Shown here one piece after another: positions 17,618 through 28,978 of a DNA stretch of 32,000 nt. Positions within the stretch are counted from its first letter, which is position 1. Each line of letters starts with the position of its first letter. Made by a program: the position numbers and the translations under genes. The notes below the pieces were generated by a model. The model worked only from the letters and a program-made list of their open reading frames with translations, was not told the origin of the DNA and made no database searches. This stretch comes from Pseudomonas aeruginosa (GTDB lineage: Bacteria; Pseudomonadota; Gammaproteobacteria; Pseudomonadales; Pseudomonadaceae): the NCBI RefSeq assembly GCF_001457615.1, contig NZ_LN831024.1, positions 2,970,001 to 3,002,000 of the forward strand. Direction: 5' to 3'.

Positions 17618-18651
17618 GCCGGGAAGGCGTATTCGCGTTCGACCCGGGCGATCCGCGCGCTGAAACCGGCGTACCAGTCGCGCCGGCCGCGCGCCTGGGC
17701 GTCGCGGTGCTCCGCGTGGCGGCTCCAGGCACGGATCGCCGCCTCGCTGTCCCAGTAGGAGACGGTGATGCCGAAACCGTCGGCGCCGCGGACCGACTCC
17801 ACGCCGAGATAGCCCGGCTGGCGGCTGGCCAGTTCCAGCATGCGCTCGGCCGCTTCGGCGTAGCCGTCGTCGACGGCGCTGCGATGGGAGCTGAAGATCA
17901 CTGCGTAATAAGGTGTCGGGCCGCGCCGGGGGCGGTCGCGGCGCTGCGTCCGGCACGCCTCGACGAATGCCTTCGGCAGTGGCGGCAGGACGCCGGCCAG
18001 GGCTGCCCGCTCGGGTTGGAACAGGGTGGCGACGAAGAACGGATGCTGTTCCAGCTCCACCGCGCGGATCGCTCCGTCGGCGCTCCAGGCGCTGGCCCGC
18101 AGTGCGCCGCCGGTAAGTTCCGCGGCGAAGCGCGGGGCGATTGCGTAGCGGCAATGGTAGTCCGCCTCGATCCAGTCGGCGGCATACGCCAGGGCCAGGC
18201 GCGAGCCGCGCAGCAGGCGGACTTCCTCGCGGGCTTCGAGCAGAGCGCAGGGCAGGGCGGCGATCACCGCCTGGTCGCTGTGCGGATGCTCCTCACCATG
18301 GGTCGCCGCCTGCCAGCCGAGGGCGTTGCGGGCGAACTCGAGGATCGTGTGCTGGAAGCCGGCGCAGGTACCGAGGAACGGCCGGCGCCGGCCCCGGGCA
18401 TGGGCGATCAGGCGCAGCACCGCGTCGGCGTCGCGATAGGGGCTGCCCGGCACGCACCAGAACCCGTCATAGCGCTCCAGCGCCGGCTCGGCGGGCAGGC
18501 GGTCGCTGGCCAGCCAGTCGAATGCGATCTCCAGGCCGAGTGCCTCGCCGGCCAGGCGCAGGGCCAGGGGAATCGCCCGGTGGGCGGTGATGTGCGGGTC
18601 GTGGTCGCCGACCAGGGCAATGCGCAGCGGCGCCGCGGGAGGGGTGGACAT
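17581..18651 (-). CDS. CTP-synthase-type class I glutamine amidotransferase-like domain fused to an ABM-like domain
   Basis: N-terminal LRIALVGDHDPHITAHRAIPLAL...FWCVPGSPYRD...FLGTCAGFQHTILE...EQHPFFVATLFQPER. C-terminal YYAVIFSSHRSAVDDGYAEAAERMLELASRQPGYLGVESVRGADGFGITVSYWDSEAAIRAW. Confidence 0.85.
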   Translation of the reverse strand: MSTPPAAPLRIALVGDHDPHITAHRAIPLALRLAGEALGLEIAFDWLASDRLPAEPALERYDGFWCVPGSPYRDADAVLRLIAHARGRRRPFLGTCAGFQHTILEFARNALGWQAATHGEEHPHSDQAVIAALPCALLEAREEVRLLRGSRLALAYAADWIEADYHCRYAIAPRFAAELTGGALRASAWSADGAIRAVELEQHPFFVATLFQPERAALAGVLPPLPKAFVEACRTQRRDRPRRGPTPYYAVIFSSHRSAVDDGYAEAAERMLELASRQPGYLGVESVRGADGFGITVSYWDSEAAIRAWSRHAEHRDAQARGRRDWYAGFSARIARVEREYAFPAQPDTAQSPASS

Positions 18652-18737
18652 CCGTTTTCGCTCCAGTTTCGCCACGCCGGTTGGCGGGCCCTGGCGCTCA
18701 CTCTATAGTTGCGTTTCCGCACTCGATATCGGCGCCA

Positions 18738-19634
18738 ATGCAAAAGATGAATGCACCGCTGCAATATCGCCTGGACCATGCCGATCTTGCCCTGGTCCTC
18801 GCCCTGGTTCGCGGCGGCAGCCTGGCGCGGGCCGCAGAGTTGCTCAGGGTCGATGTGTCGACGGTCTTCCGGGCCATCCGCCGGCTGGAGAAGAACCTCG
18901 GCAAGGCATTGTTCGACAAGAGCCGCAGCGGCTACCTGGCGAACCAGACCGCCCGCCGTCTGGCGCAGCAGGCGGAACTGGCGGAGCAGGCGCTGGAGGC
19001 GGCGCGCATCGGCCTCGAACTGGAGCGCGAGGTGCTCAGCGGTACCGTGCGCATGACCTGCTCCGACGCCGTCCTGCATGGCCTGCTGCTGCCGGCGCTG
19101 GCGCGCTTCATGCCTGGCTATCCGGCCCTGCAACTGGAGCTGGCGACCTCCAACGACTTTGCCAACCTCAGCCGGCGCGACGCCGACATCGCCCTGCGCA
19201 TGACCCGCACGCCGCCGGAACACCTGGTCGGGCGCAACCTCGGCGAGGTGCGCTACGTGCTCTGCGCCAGCGAACGCTACCTGGAGGGCCGCGACGCGAC
19301 GGAGCCCGCCATGCTGCACTGGATCGCCCCGGACGATTTCCTTCCCGACCACCCGAGCGTGGTCTGGCGTCGTCGACACTATCCCGGGGTGCTGCCGGCC
19401 TACCGCTGCAACGGCGTGCTGGCGGTCGCCGAGATGGCCCGCGCCGGCCTCGGCCTGGCGGCGATCCCTGCCTACCTGCTACGCGACGGCGACGGCCTGC
19501 GGGTACTGGACGCCGACCTCGAGGGCTGCGCCAGCGCCCTGTGGCTGCTGACCCGTCCGGACTGCCGGGCGTTGCGCTCGGTGGTCGCGTTGTTCGACGA
19601 GCTGGGGCGGCATGTGCGATTGGGAGATGAGTGA
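18738..19634 (+). CDS. LysR-family transcriptional regulator
   Basis: LDHADLALVLALVRGGSLARAAELLRVDVSTVFRAIRRLEKNLGKALFDKSRSG. ATG 18738 or 18747. Confidence 0.92.
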   Translation: MQKMNAPLQYRLDHADLALVLALVRGGSLARAAELLRVDVSTVFRAIRRLEKNLGKALFDKSRSGYLANQTARRLAQQAELAEQALEAARIGLELEREVLSGTVRMTCSDAVLHGLLLPALARFMPGYPALQLELATSNDFANLSRRDADIALRMTRTPPEHLVGRNLGEVRYVLCASERYLEGRDATEPAMLHWIAPDDFLPDHPSVVWRRRHYPGVLPAYRCNGVLAVAEMARAGLGLAAIPAYLLRDGDGLRVLDADLEGCASALWLLTRPDCRALRSVVALFDELGRHVRLGDE

Positions 19635-19660
19635 AGGGGTGGCCGTGCCTGGTATGGCAA

Positions 19661-19684
19661 CCCTCTCCCGCGAGCGGGAGAGGG
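19661..19684. terminator. Hairpin between convergent LysR and cytochrome genes
   Basis: CCCTCTCCCG-CGAG-CGGGAGAGGG, perfect 10-bp stem and 4-nt loop in the 72-bp convergent gap. Confidence 0.6.
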
Positions 19685-19706
19685 GCTGGAATGGCAGGCC
19701 TGGCGC

Positions 19707-21026
19707 TCAGCCGCGATCCGCCGCGGCCGGTCCCGGCGGCGGAATGTCGCCCACCGCCGCCGCGCCGGTGTCCTTGCGCAGGCGCCTGACCTCGTCGACG
19801 CTGACGCTTGGCGCCTGGTTGCCCCAGCTGGTGCGGATGAAGTTGACCACGTCGGCGATCTCCTGGTCGTTCATCCGCCAGCCGAACGGCGGCATGGTGA
19901 AGCTCGACGGTGCCTGGTGGGTGGCCGGCAGGGTGCCGCCCTTGAGCACGATGTGCACCAGGGAGGTCGGGTCGCTGCCGGTCACTACCGGGTTGCCGGC
20001 CAGGGCCGGGAAGACCCGCGCATAGCCCTTGCCGTCGGTGCGGTGGCAGGCCCCGCAGTTGTCGACGTAGAGCGCCGCGCCGGTCTTGCTGTCGTCGCCG
20101 TGGAACAGTGCCTGGGCCACGCTCTCGTCGTAGACGTGCGGCTGGTCGGCGGGGTCCGCCGGCGGCAGCGACTTGAGGTAGCGGGCGATGGCGGTGAGGT
20201 CGGCGTCGGTCATGTACTGCATGCTGTGCACCACCACGTCGGACATGCCGCCGAACACCGCGCTGCGCTCGCTGCGGCCGGTACGCAGGAAGCTGACCAG
20301 GTCGGCTTCGCTCCAGCTGCCCAGTCCGGTCCGGTGGTCGCCGCGCAGGCTCTTGGCGATCCAGTTCTCCAGCGGCGCGCTGCCGGACAGGTAGGCCGCG
20401 CCATCGCTCGCCGCCAGGGCCTTCTCCTGCATGCCCAGCCCACGCGGGGTATGGCAGGCGCCACAGTGGCCAAGGCCTTCGACCAGGTAGGCGCCGCGCG
20501 CCAGCACCGGGTCCTGCCCGGCGGCGGCCTGGAAGTCCTTCACCTCGGGAGCGAAGGTCCAGCGCCAGAATGCCAGCGGCCAGCGCATCGACAGCGGCCA
20601 GGGGATGTCGCTGGCCTTGTTGGGCTGCTCCACCGGCTCCACGCCATGCATGAAGTAGGCGTAGAGGGCGCGCATGTCCGCTTCGCTGACTCGCGCGTAG
20701 GACGGGTAGGGCATCGCCGGGTAGAGCGTGTCGCCGGACCTGGCCACGCCGTGGCGCACGGCACGGTCGAAGTCCTCGAAGCTGTAGTCGCCGATGCCGG
20801 TCTTGCGGTCCGGGGTGATGTTGGTCGAGTACACCGCGCCGATCGGCGTTTCCATCGGCAGGCCCCCGGCGAACGGCTTGCCGTCCCTGGCGGTGTGGCA
20901 GGCCACGCAATCGCCGGCGCGGGCCAGGTATTCACCCTGCCTGACCAGGGCCGGGTCCGGCGCTGCGGCGGCCTGGGCGATGCCGCAGGCGAGGGCGGAG
21001 AGGGCGAGGAAGGCTGTCGGTTTCAT
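19707..21026 (-). CDS. Triheme cytochrome c subunit of membrane-bound gluconate 2-dehydrogenase
   Basis: Signal peptide plus three CxxCH motifs (CVACH, CGACH, CGACH). An upstream start at 21041 (ATGA overlap) is also possible. Confidence 0.92.
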   Translation of the reverse strand: MKPTAFLALSALACGIAQAAAAPDPALVRQGEYLARAGDCVACHTARDGKPFAGGLPMETPIGAVYSTNITPDRKTGIGDYSFEDFDRAVRHGVARSGDTLYPAMPYPSYARVSEADMRALYAYFMHGVEPVEQPNKASDIPWPLSMRWPLAFWRWTFAPEVKDFQAAAGQDPVLARGAYLVEGLGHCGACHTPRGLGMQEKALAASDGAAYLSGSAPLENWIAKSLRGDHRTGLGSWSEADLVSFLRTGRSERSAVFGGMSDVVVHSMQYMTDADLTAIARYLKSLPPADPADQPHVYDESVAQALFHGDDSKTGAALYVDNCGACHRTDGKGYARVFPALAGNPVVTGSDPTSLVHIVLKGGTLPATHQAPSSFTMPPFGWRMNDQEIADVVNFIRTSWGNQAPSVSVDEVRRLRKDTGAAAVGDIPPPGPAAADRG

Positions 21027-21037
21027 CGTTGCGCTCC

Positions 21038-22813
21038 TCATGCCTGCACCAGCGGACCGGGGTTCTTCAGGTATTGCTCGCGGATCGCCTTGGCCGACCA
21101 GTAGGCCAGCGCCGCCACCAGCCCAGTGGGGTTGTAGCCGGTGCCCTGGGGGAAGGCCGAGGCGCCCATGACGAAGACGTTGTGCACGTCCCAGCTCTGC
21201 AGGTAGCGGTTGAGCACGCTGGTCTTCGGATCGCTGCCCATGATCGCCCCGCCGAGCAGGTGGGTGGTCTGGTAGACCCGTGTATTGAAGTGGTCGCCGA
21301 AGTTCTTGACGTTCACCGAGATGGCCTTCGGGTTCATCGCTTCGGCGATCTTGCGCATGTGCTCGGTGACGTAGCGGCTCATGCGGATCTCGTTGTCCTT
21401 CCAGTCGAAGGTCATGCGCAGCAGTGGCTGGCCGTAGGCGTCCTTGTAGGTCGGGTCGAGGTCGAGGTAGTTGTCGCGGTAGGTCATGTTGCTGCCGTGG
21501 GCGTCCATCGACACGGTGTGCGTGTAGGCGTCCTTGACCGCCTGTTTCCAGCCGCTACCCCAGCTCGGCGTGCCGGGCGGCACGGCGAGGCCGCCGATCG
21601 GCTTGGAGCCGGCCTGGTTGACCCACATCGGCGAGCCGCCGACGAAGCCCAGCGGTCCGTGGTCGAAGTTGTCGGCGTTGAAGTCGTCCACCGCGACGCC
21701 GCCACCGCCGGTGCCGACGAAGGGGTTGGTATGCACGTCCTTGTCGAAGAACGCCTTGATGGTGGCCATGTTCTGGTAGGCGAAGTTCTTTCCCACCACG
21801 CCCTCGCCGGTGCGCGGGTCGTAGGGCTTGCCGATGCCGGAGAGCAGCAGCAGGCGCACGTTGTGGAACTGGAAGGCGCTGATGATCACCAGCTTCGCCG
21901 GCTGCACGATCTCGCGCCCCTGGGCGTCGACGTAGGTCACGCCGGTGGCCTGCCTGCCGTCGCTGTCGAGGTTGACCTTGAGCACGTTGCAGTTGGCGCG
22001 CAGTTCGAACAGCGGGGTCTGGCGCAGCGCCGGCAGGATGTTCAGGTTCGGCGAGGCCTTGGAATACATGTAGCAGGCGTAGCCGCTGCAGAAGCCGCAG
22101 AAGTTGCACGGCCCCATCTGCACCCCGTAGGGGTTGGTCCAGGGCCCCGAAGCGTTGGCCGCCGGCAGGTCGTAGGGGTGCAGGCCGAGTTCCTCGGCGG
22201 CCTTGCGGAACAGTTGCGCGGAGTACACCTGGCGCAGCGCCGGCAGCGGGAAGTCGTCCGAGCGGTCGGCGGCGAACGGATTGCCCTTGCCGACCACCTG
22301 GCCCTTGACCGTATGCGCGGTGCCGGAGGTGCCGAAGACCTTCTCGGCGAAATCGAAGTGCGGCTCCAGCTCTTCGTAGCTGACCCCGTAGTCCTGGATG
22401 GTCATGCCTTCGGGGATGAATTTCTTGCCGTAGCGTTCCTCGTAATGGCTGCGCAGGCGCAGTTCCTCGGGCATGATCCGGAAATGCACGCCGGACCAGT
22501 GCAGGCCGGCGCCACCGACGCCGTCGCCGGGAAGGAAGGCGGAGAGCTGACGGTAGGGCAGCGCGGTGTCGTTGATCCCGTGGCGGATGCTCACGGTGCT
22601 CTTGGAGAGATTCTGGAACAGCTTGCCGCGTGTGTTGTAGGTCAGCTCGTCGAGGGTGTTCGGGTAGGCGCCGTCGGGATAGGTATCGCGGTTCTCGCCG
22701 CGCTCCAGCGCCACCACGTTGAGCCCGGCCTCGGTCAGCTCCTTGGCCAGGATCGCTCCGGTCCAGCCGAAGCCGACCACCACCGCGTCCACCGGTTTGA
22801 GTGTCGTCGCCAT
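21038..22813 (-). CDS. Gluconate 2-dehydrogenase FAD (GMC oxidoreductase-like) large subunit
   Basis: VDAVVVGFGWTGAILAKELTEAGLNVVALERG, then GAGGVGGAGLHWSGVHFR-like segment, and C-terminal NRYLQSWDVHNVFVMGASAFPQGTGYNPTGLVAALAYW. Confidence 0.93.
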   Translation of the reverse strand: MATTLKPVDAVVVGFGWTGAILAKELTEAGLNVVALERGENRDTYPDGAYPNTLDELTYNTRGKLFQNLSKSTVSIRHGINDTALPYRQLSAFLPGDGVGGAGLHWSGVHFRIMPEELRLRSHYEERYGKKFIPEGMTIQDYGVSYEELEPHFDFAEKVFGTSGTAHTVKGQVVGKGNPFAADRSDDFPLPALRQVYSAQLFRKAAEELGLHPYDLPAANASGPWTNPYGVQMGPCNFCGFCSGYACYMYSKASPNLNILPALRQTPLFELRANCNVLKVNLDSDGRQATGVTYVDAQGREIVQPAKLVIISAFQFHNVRLLLLSGIGKPYDPRTGEGVVGKNFAYQNMATIKAFFDKDVHTNPFVGTGGGGVAVDDFNADNFDHGPLGFVGGSPMWVNQAGSKPIGGLAVPPGTPSWGSGWKQAVKDAYTHTVSMDAHGSNMTYRDNYLDLDPTYKDAYGQPLLRMTFDWKDNEIRMSRYVTEHMRKIAEAMNPKAISVNVKNFGDHFNTRVYQTTHLLGGAIMGSDPKTSVLNRYLQSWDVHNVFVMGASAFPQGTGYNPTGLVAALAYWSAKAIREQYLKNPGPLVQA

Positions 22814-22815
22814 GT

Positions 22816-23532
22816 TCAACCCCTCTCGCCGGAAATCGCCACCGGCGGGAAGGGATACTTCTCGCCGCGGTCGGCCCAGTCCATGAAGTCGGCGCGGGCG
22901 CCGGGGAAACCGACCAGCTTCCAGCCCACCAGGCCGCGATTGCCGCCGTGCTGCGGATCGGAGAAGAAGCCTTCGTGGGTGTTTTGCAGCAACTGGCCGA
23001 AGAGCAGCTTGGCCGGCAGGTCCTGCAGGTCGATCTGGCCGGCTTCCAGGCGTTGCAGGATGTCGTCCTGCGCCGACGGCTCCAGCTCGGCGAACGGCTT
23101 GCCCTGGTTGGCCTTGCTCCAGCGTTCCAGGGCGGCGATGCCGACCCGGTAGATGTCGCGTGGCACCAGCTTCAACTGATGGCCGAACTCCGGCGCGGCG
23201 TCGGTGACGAACGGCCCCTGCATGTACCAGAGTGCGCCGTGCCCGTAGGGGGTTTCCATCTGTCGGTCGATGAACTCCGGCACCCCGGCCTCGATGGCGC
23301 CGGGGCCGTTGTCGTCGCTGGGGATCAGTCGCGCCACCGCGGCGTTGACGAAAGCCCATTCGGTGTTGGTGAAGAAGCGAGGCTGGTAGCGTTCGCGGGG
23401 TTTGTCCTGCTCGGCGGCGGGCGTCTGCATGGCATGGCCGACGCCATAGCCGGCCAGGGTCACCGCCGGGATCACGGTCAGGGTCTTGCGCAGGAAGTCG
23501 CGGCGGCCGTTGACGGCCTTGTCATCGGGCAT
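22816..23532 (-). CDS. Gluconate 2-dehydrogenase gamma subunit (subunit 3 family)
   Basis: RRDFLRKTLTVIPAVTLAGYGVGHAM is a Tat-type signal; the body FFTNTEWAFVNAAVARLIPSDDNGPGAIEAGVPEFIDRQM... is subunit-3-like. First gene of the three-gene operon. Confidence 0.92.
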   Translation of the reverse strand: MPDDKAVNGRRDFLRKTLTVIPAVTLAGYGVGHAMQTPAAEQDKPRERYQPRFFTNTEWAFVNAAVARLIPSDDNGPGAIEAGVPEFIDRQMETPYGHGALWYMQGPFVTDAAPEFGHQLKLVPRDIYRVGIAALERWSKANQGKPFAELEPSAQDDILQRLEAGQIDLQDLPAKLLFGQLLQNTHEGFFSDPQHGGNRGLVGWKLVGFPGARADFMDWADRGEKYPFPPVAISGERG

Positions 23533-23612
23533 GGTGGGGTCCTCTCTGGATCATCACGGTTTCGTCTTTCTGATAATGATTAGCAGGCTAATTATAAGTT
23601 CATGTGTCACGT

Positions 23613-23627
23613 TGAAAAAACGTTTCA
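23613..23627. promoter_or_regulatory. Degenerate PtxS-like dyad TGAAA-N5-TTTCA upstream of gluconate dehydrogenase operon
   Basis: TGAAAAAACGTTTCA. Same outer half-sites as the two exact TGAAACCGGTTTCA copies, spaced one base wider. Confidence 0.35.
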
Positions 23628-23699
23628 GCAAGGATTCAGGCAGGCCAATACCGGCAAGTGAAGCAGAACGGCGCGCCGGGCGTCGGCCCGGCGCGGCCT

Positions 23700-24686
23700 T
23701 CAGGCGCCTCGCCGTCGCGCCCAGGCCGAAGGATTGACCAGGTTCAGCGGCCGCTCGCCGGCGAGGGCGGCCAGCAGGTTGTCTACCGCGCAGCGGGCCA
23801 TGGCTTCGCGGGTTTCCTCGGTGGCCGAGCCGATGTGGGGAGTGGCCACCACGTTCGGCAGGCGCAGCAGCGGCGAGTCGGGAGACAGCGGCTCGCGCTC
23901 GAACACGTCGAGGCCGGCGGCGCGGATCCGCCGCTGGGCCAGGGCCTCGATCAGGGCCGCCTCGTCGACCACCCGGCCACGGGAGATGTTGATGAAGATC
24001 GCCTGCGGGCGCATCCGGGCGAACTGCGCGGCACCGATCAGGCCTTCGGTGGCGGCGGTCAGCGGCAGGGTCAGGCAGACGAAGTCGGATTCCTCGAGCA
24101 GCGCGTCGAGGGGGCGGTAGCTCGCTGCGTAGCGTTCTTCGACGTGGGGCTTCGGGCTATGGCTGTGGTACAGCACGCGCATGCCGAAGCCGTGGTGCCC
24201 GCGCCGGGCCAGGGCCTCGCCGATGCGGCCCATGCCGACGATACCGAGGGTCTTGCCATGCACGTCGGTACCGAACTGGGCGGCGCCGACGCTCTTCTTC
24301 CATTCCCCGGCGCGCACCCAGCCGGCCAGTTCCACTACCCGCCGGGCTGTCGCCAGGATCAGCGCGAAGCCGGTGTCGGCGGTGGTCTCGGTGAGCACGT
24401 CGGGGGTATTGCTGAGGAGGATGCCGCGGCGGTCGAGGTAGTCGATGTCATAGTTGTCGACGCCCACCGAGACGCTGGCGATGGCTTCCAGTCGCGGTGC
24501 CAGGTCGAGCAGTCCGGCGTCCAGGCGCAGGCTGGCGCCGAGCAGGCCGTGGGCCTCGGGCAGGGCGTCGCGCAGGCGGGCCAGGCCGTCGCGGCCGGGC
24601 TCCTCGACCAGGAGCACCTCGACCCGTTCGCGCAGGCGTTCCATCAGGGGCGCGGAGAGACGTTTGTAGAGAACCACTTTCTTCAT
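23700..24686 (-). CDS. kguD: 2-ketogluconate reductase (D-isomer-specific 2-hydroxyacid dehydrogenase)
   Basis: GKTLGIVGMGRIGEALARR, INISRGRVVDEAALIEAL, AGLDVFEREPL, TPHIGSATEETREAM. Confidence 0.93.
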   Translation of the reverse strand: MKKVVLYKRLSAPLMERLRERVEVLLVEEPGRDGLARLRDALPEAHGLLGASLRLDAGLLDLAPRLEAIASVSVGVDNYDIDYLDRRGILLSNTPDVLTETTADTGFALILATARRVVELAGWVRAGEWKKSVGAAQFGTDVHGKTLGIVGMGRIGEALARRGHHGFGMRVLYHSHSPKPHVEERYAASYRPLDALLEESDFVCLTLPLTAATEGLIGAAQFARMRPQAIFINISRGRVVDEAALIEALAQRRIRAAGLDVFEREPLSPDSPLLRLPNVVATPHIGSATEETREAMARCAVDNLLAALAGERPLNLVNPSAWARRRGA

Positions 24687-24704
24687 CGGATGCTCCGGAG
24701 TCGG

Positions 24705-26012
24705 TCAGGGGTGGGCCGGCGCCGCCCGCCGCGAGGCGTGCGCGCGAGCGGCATCGGGCTCGCGCTTGTCGGCGTGCGGGTTGAGGAACACGGTGAGCAG
24801 CACCGACAGCAGCAGCGCTCCGCTCATGAACAGATAGGAAGCCCCGGGCCCGCCGGTGATGCCGTTCAGGTAGCCGACCAGCCAGGAGCCGGAGAACGAG
24901 CCCAGCGCGCCCATGCTGTTGATCAGCGCCATGGCGCCGCCGGCGACGTTGGCCGGGAGGACTTCCGGGACGATGGCGAAGAACGGTCCGTAGGGCGCGT
25001 ACATGCAGGCCCCGGCCAGCACCAGCAGGGCGTAGGACAGCCAGAAGTGCTCGCTGCCGAGGGCGTAGGAACCGTAGAAGGCGATGGACGCGATGAGCAG
25101 CGGCGGCCAGACGAAACGCTTGCGTTTCTGCAACCGGTCCGAGGCCCAGGACACCCCGAGCATGGCGATCACCGCCGCCAGGTAGGGCAGCGCCGACAGC
25201 CAGCCGGCTTCTATGATGTCGATGTTGGCGCCGTGCTTGAGGATCGACGGCAGCCAGAGGACGAAGCCATAGACGCCGATGCTCCAACAGAAGTACTGCA
25301 GCGAGAGGACGATGACCTTTGGCGAACGGAACGCCTCGCGGTAGTTCTTCACTGGCTTGATGCCCTGCTGCTCGGCGGCCAGGGCGTCTTCCAGGTCGCG
25401 TTTTTCCGAGCCGCTCAGCCAGGCGGCCTGGCGCGGGCGGTCATCCACCAGGCGCCACCAGATGAAGGCCCAGATCACCGCCGGCAGGCCTTCGATGATG
25501 AACATCCAGCGCCAGCTGAAATGCTCCACCAGGTAGCCGGAGACCACCGACATCCAGAGGATGGTCACCGGGTTGCCGAGGATCAGGAAGGTGTTCGCCC
25601 GCGAGCGCTCGGCGCGGGTGAACCAGTGGCAGAGGTAGACCAGCATCGCTGGCATCACCGCCGCCTCGACCACGCCGAGGAGGAAGCGGATGCCGATCAG
25701 CAGGTAGACGTTGGCGACCATCCCGGTCAGGGTGGCCAGCCCGCCCCAGAGGATCAGGCTGACGAAGATCAGCTTCTTGACGCTGCGCTTTTCCGCGTAG
25801 ATCGCCCCCGGCACCTGGAAGAAGAAGTAACCGAGGAAGAACAGCGCGCCCAGCAGCGAGGACAGCCCGGGAGTGATCCGCAGGTCGTCGGCCATCCCGG
25901 AGGCGGCGGCGAAGCCGTAGTTGGCGCGGTCCAGGTAGGCCAGGCTGTAGGTGACGAAAACGATCGGCATGATGTACCACCAGCGGCTGCTGGCGAGGCG
26001 AGGCATGGTCAT
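24705..26012 (-). CDS. kguT: MFS transporter for 2-ketogluconate (ACS/phthalate permease-like)
   Basis: MTMPRLASSRWWYIMPIVFVTYSLAYLDRANYGFAAASGM..., with kgu operon context. Confidence 0.93.
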   Translation of the reverse strand: MTMPRLASSRWWYIMPIVFVTYSLAYLDRANYGFAAASGMADDLRITPGLSSLLGALFFLGYFFFQVPGAIYAEKRSVKKLIFVSLILWGGLATLTGMVANVYLLIGIRFLLGVVEAAVMPAMLVYLCHWFTRAERSRANTFLILGNPVTILWMSVVSGYLVEHFSWRWMFIIEGLPAVIWAFIWWRLVDDRPRQAAWLSGSEKRDLEDALAAEQQGIKPVKNYREAFRSPKVIVLSLQYFCWSIGVYGFVLWLPSILKHGANIDIIEAGWLSALPYLAAVIAMLGVSWASDRLQKRKRFVWPPLLIASIAFYGSYALGSEHFWLSYALLVLAGACMYAPYGPFFAIVPEVLPANVAGGAMALINSMGALGSFSGSWLVGYLNGITGGPGASYLFMSGALLLSVLLTVFLNPHADKREPDAARAHASRRAAPAHP

Positions 26013-26074
26013 GGTCGGGTATCTCCTGAGCTTGTCTTGTTCTTGTCGCAACAGGTGCCGCGTGGGCGGCGGGT

Positions 26075-27827
<1,753 letters not shown>

Positions 27828-27871
27828 TCAAGCCGTGCGAAAGCCGCCGGCAACGCGCCGGCGGCGGGCCG

Positions 27872-28894
27872 CTAGCCGCGTGGATGGGTCGAGCCGCGAA
27901 CGATCAGTTGCGCCGGGAAGGTCACCCGGCGCGCCGGCTCGCGGTCGCCTTCGAGTCGCGCCAGGAGGCGCTCGAAGGCGGTGCGGCCGATTTCGTCGGT
28001 GGGTTGGGCGAGGGCGGTGATGCCGCTGCCCACCAGTGGGTACCAGTCGAGTTCGTCCAGGGCCAGCAGGCCGACCTCATCGAACAGCCGGCAGCCGAGG
28101 TCGCGCAGTTGGCGGGTGGCGCAGAGGGTGGCGACGCCGTTGCAGGTGAACAGCGCCTTCGGCCCGGGGCCGCTGGCCGAAAGGAAGGCGCGCAGGCCGT
28201 CGCGGAAGAAGTCGTCGGTTTGCAGGACCTGGCCCTTGAGCGCCGGTCGCCGGCCGATGGAGGCATTGAAGGCCTGGACCCGCTCGATCCGCGAGCTGGT
28301 GCCGTCGAGCGGTTCGGTGACCAGCAGGATGTCGCGGAAGCCGCGGTGCTGCAGGTGGTCGAGGGCCTGTTCGACGGCGTCGGCGTTGTCCAGGCCGACC
28401 AGGTCGGTATCCAGCTCGGCCAACTGGCGGTCCACCAGCACCATCGGCAGTTCGCGGTGCAGGGCGCGCAATTCGCCGGGATGGTGGCCGAGGGTGTTCA
28501 CGATCAGTCCTTCGACGTTGTAGGACTGCAGGGCGGCCAGGTGATGACGCTCCTGCTCGTCGTCGCGGTCGGTATTGCACACCACCAGGCTGTAGCCGTG
28601 TTCGCGGCAGGCGGTTTCCACGCCATGCATGACGGCCACGGAGTAGGGGTTGAGGATGTCCGCCACCAGCATTCCGATCAGCCGTGTGCGCCCGCGCTTG
28701 AGGCCTCGGGCCATCTGGTTGGGGCGGTAGTCGAGCTGGTCGATGGCGCGCTCGATGCGCCGGGCGGTGGCATCGGCGAGCAACTGGCGGTCGCCGCCGA
28801 TATAGCGCGACACGCTGGCCTTGGAGACGCCGGCGGCCTCGGCCACCTGGTTGATGGTGACGCGGCCACGGCTGGGCAGTACTGAACCATTCAC
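27872..28894 (-). CDS. ptxS: PtxS, LacI-family 2-ketogluconate-responsive repressor
   Basis: VTINQVAEAAGVSKASVSRYIGGDRQLLADATARRIERAIDQLDYRPNQMARGLKRGRTRLIGML. Confidence 0.96.
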   Translation of the reverse strand: MNGSVLPSRGRVTINQVAEAAGVSKASVSRYIGGDRQLLADATARRIERAIDQLDYRPNQMARGLKRGRTRLIGMLVADILNPYSVAVMHGVETACREHGYSLVVCNTDRDDEQERHHLAALQSYNVEGLIVNTLGHHPGELRALHRELPMVLVDRQLAELDTDLVGLDNADAVEQALDHLQHRGFRDILLVTEPLDGTSSRIERVQAFNASIGRRPALKGQVLQTDDFFRDGLRAFLSASGPGPKALFTCNGVATLCATRQLRDLGCRLFDEVGLLALDELDWYPLVGSGITALAQPTDEIGRTAFERLLARLEGDREPARRVTFPAQLIVRGSTHPRG

Positions 28895-28964
28895 GGACCT
28901 GGTACCTCTTGGTGCTGTTCTTATTGGTGTGTCCGGCTGGTCTTCGCCAGCGGATGCCAGGAGT

Positions 28965-28978
28965 TGAAACCGGTTTCA
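28965..28978. promoter_or_regulatory. PtxS operator TGAAACCGGTTTCA in the ptxS/ptxR intergenic region
   Basis: Exact 14-bp palindrome 70 bp upstream of the ptxS start codon. Confidence 0.92.

Noticed and set aside
16333-18708. 791-aa plus-strand ORF
   Set aside because: Out-of-frame shadow of the MFS gene and antisense to the GATase/ABM gene; no domain motifs.
21029-23152. 707-aa plus-strand ORF
   Set aside because: Antisense shadow of the gluconate dehydrogenase large and gamma subunit genes.
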